Part shown: piece by piece, positions 26,267 through 27,821 of the stretch | Position numbering within the stretch: position 1 is the stretch's first letter | Layout: each line of letters opens with the position of its first letter | Assembly (NCBI GenBank): GCA_037445735.1 | Contig: JBBIJY010000031.1 | Location: forward strand, 1-27,821 | Reading direction: 5' to 3' | Origin: Armatimonadota bacterium | GTDB lineage: Bacteria; Armatimonadota; Fimbriimonadia; Fimbriimonadales; GBS-DC | DNA: 27,821 nt | Notes under the pieces: generated by a model | Seen by the model: only the letters and a program-made list of their open reading frames with translations | Database searches by the model: none | Told to the model about the DNA's origin: nothing | Position numbers and translations under genes: made by a program

Positions 26267-26410
26267 CCCCCTCACCCGTACCCTCTCCCCCGCTGGGGGA
26301 GAGGAGCTGATTTGTCCCCTCACCCGTACCCTCTCCCCCGCTGGGGGAGAGGGCTTGGTTTCTCCCTCTCCCCTCTGGGGAGAGGGTTGGGTGAGGGGCA
26401 TCCTCTCCTC
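26267..26410. repeat. BoxC/REP-like triple composite; right copy of the ~145-bp direct repeat
   Basis: About 4 substitutions and 1 indel versus 22825-22969. Confidence 0.9.
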
Positions 26411-26441
26411 TGGTTGGTTTTTTTGAACACCCCCAAACCCC

Positions 26442-26469
26442 TTGACAATCCCGAGGGCTGTGCTATAAT
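26442..26469 (+). promoter_or_regulatory. Consensus sigma-70 promoter of the WD40 gene
   Basis: TTGACA 26442-26447, 16-bp spacer, extended -10 TGcTATAAT ending at 26469. Confidence 0.75.
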
Positions 26470-26498
26470 AGAGGTGTCAGCCAGCGAGGAGGGAAAGG

Positions 26499-27810
26499 AT
26501 GATGCGCAACGGTGAGCGAGTGTTGAGCGCTGTGGTGCGAGTGGCGTGCTGGCGTGTGGCGGTGTGGGTCATCGCGCCCCTGTTGCTGACCGCATTCGGG
26601 CAAGCACAGAACCGCCCTGATATTGTCTGGATGCGCGGTGGGCATACCTGGCATGTTTATTCCGTGTCGTTTTCGCCCGATGGACAATATCTGGCAAGTG
26701 GGAGTGGGGATGGCACCGTCAAGCTCTGGCGGGTAAGCGATGGTTTAGGTTTACTGGTGCGCACACTCACGGGGCATACGGGTTGGGTATATTCCGTAGC
26801 GTTTTCGCCGGATGGACAGTATCTGGCAAGCGGCGGTGGGTACGGAGATCGCACTATTAAGTTGTGGCAGATGAGCGACGGTTCTTTAGTGCGCACACTC
26901 ACGGGGCATGCGGATGTCGTTTACTTCGTGGCGTTTTCTCCTGACGGACAGCACCTGGCAAGCGGGGGTGGATACTCTGATGGTACCATCAGGCTGTGGC
27001 GGGTGCGCGATGGTTCTTTAGTGCGCACACTCACGGGGCATACGGGGTCTGTTTATTGCGTGTCATTTTCGCCGGATGGTCAGTATGTGGCGAGCGGGAG
27101 CTGGGGATGGAACCATCAAGCTGTGGCGAGTGAGTGATGGCACGCTGATACGCACGCTTACGGGACATATGGATGTTGTTTACTCTGTGTCGTTTTCATC
27201 GGATGGACAGTATCTGGCAAGTGGAAGTGGCAATTTCACTGTCAAGCTGTGGCGGGTAAGTAACGGCACGCTGGTGCGCACGCTCACAGGACACACGGGA
27301 GCAGTTCTGTCAGTTTCATTTTCTCCCGATGGACAGTATCTCGCAAGTGGGGGTTATCAAGCAATCAAGCTGTGGCGTGTATCGGATGGCTCGCTGCTGC
27401 ACACGCTCACAGGGCATACCGACTATATTCATTCCGTATCGTTTTCACCTGATGGGCAATATCTGGGAAGCGGCAGCCGGGACAGCACCATCAAACTCTG
27501 GCGTGTCAGCGACGGTGCCCTACTGATAACTTACGATCAGGAGACCTGGGTGGGTGTTCTCAGTGTCCAGTTCTCTCCCGATGGGCGCTATTTTGCGTAT
27601 GGGCGCTATGATGCGACGCTGGTACTGGCGCGGAATCCGCTCTGGCCCGATGTGAATGATGACGGCTGTATTGATGACGCCGATTTGCTCGCGGTGCTGT
27701 TCGCGTTTGGGCAGACGGGTTCGGGTCTGCCCGAGGATGTGGATGGCGATGGTGTGGTGGACGAGTCGGACCTGCTGACGGTGCTGTTCAACTTTGGCAG
27801 CGGGTGTTAG
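26499..27810 (+). pseudogene. Secreted WD40 beta-propeller protein (8 repeats) with C-terminal dockerin/EF-hand-like domain; frameshifted near 27102-27106
   Basis: Signal peptide ending AFG/Q; repeats GH..V.SV.FSPDGQYLASG..D.T.KLW split across ORFs 26499-27137 and 27076-27810; C-terminus DVNDDGCIDDADLL...DVDGDGVVDESDLL. Confidence 0.85.
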
Positions 27811-27821
27811 CCCTCACCCCC

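Overview
GC-rich bacterial chromosomal window, probably Armatimonadota (inference from the H-X9-DG prepilin-like protein, DUF4058 and a secreted WD40 protein with a 'DVNDDGCIDDADLLAVLFAFG' dockerin-like tail). Core and metabolic genes: rpsO-pnp-glpX, thiS-thiO, metK, pspA, tandem queD/PTPS, an ArgZ-like amidinotransferase-fold enzyme, rfbB, two GT-C-type membrane glycosyltransferases and an HDOD protein. It also has a GAF-GAF-PAS kinase paired with a sigma-54 activator that lacks a DNA-binding HTH. BoxC/REP-like CCCTCTCCC...GGGAGAGGG palindromes are scattered through the window, two of them in frame inside genes. Main candidates: (i) an unannotated ~124-nt four-stem small RNA between a near-consensus sigma-54 promoter and a strong terminator (22552-22701); (ii) a defence-like islet between ~145-bp direct repeats (22825-26410) holding a cas-less two-repeat CRISPR mini-array, an MTase/Mrr-like nuclease fusion, and a PIN toxin-antitoxin pair lying between duplicated copies of the MTase 3' end; (iii) a long rpsO leader hairpin and many apparently leaderless promoters. 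All calls are by eye; no database searches were run.
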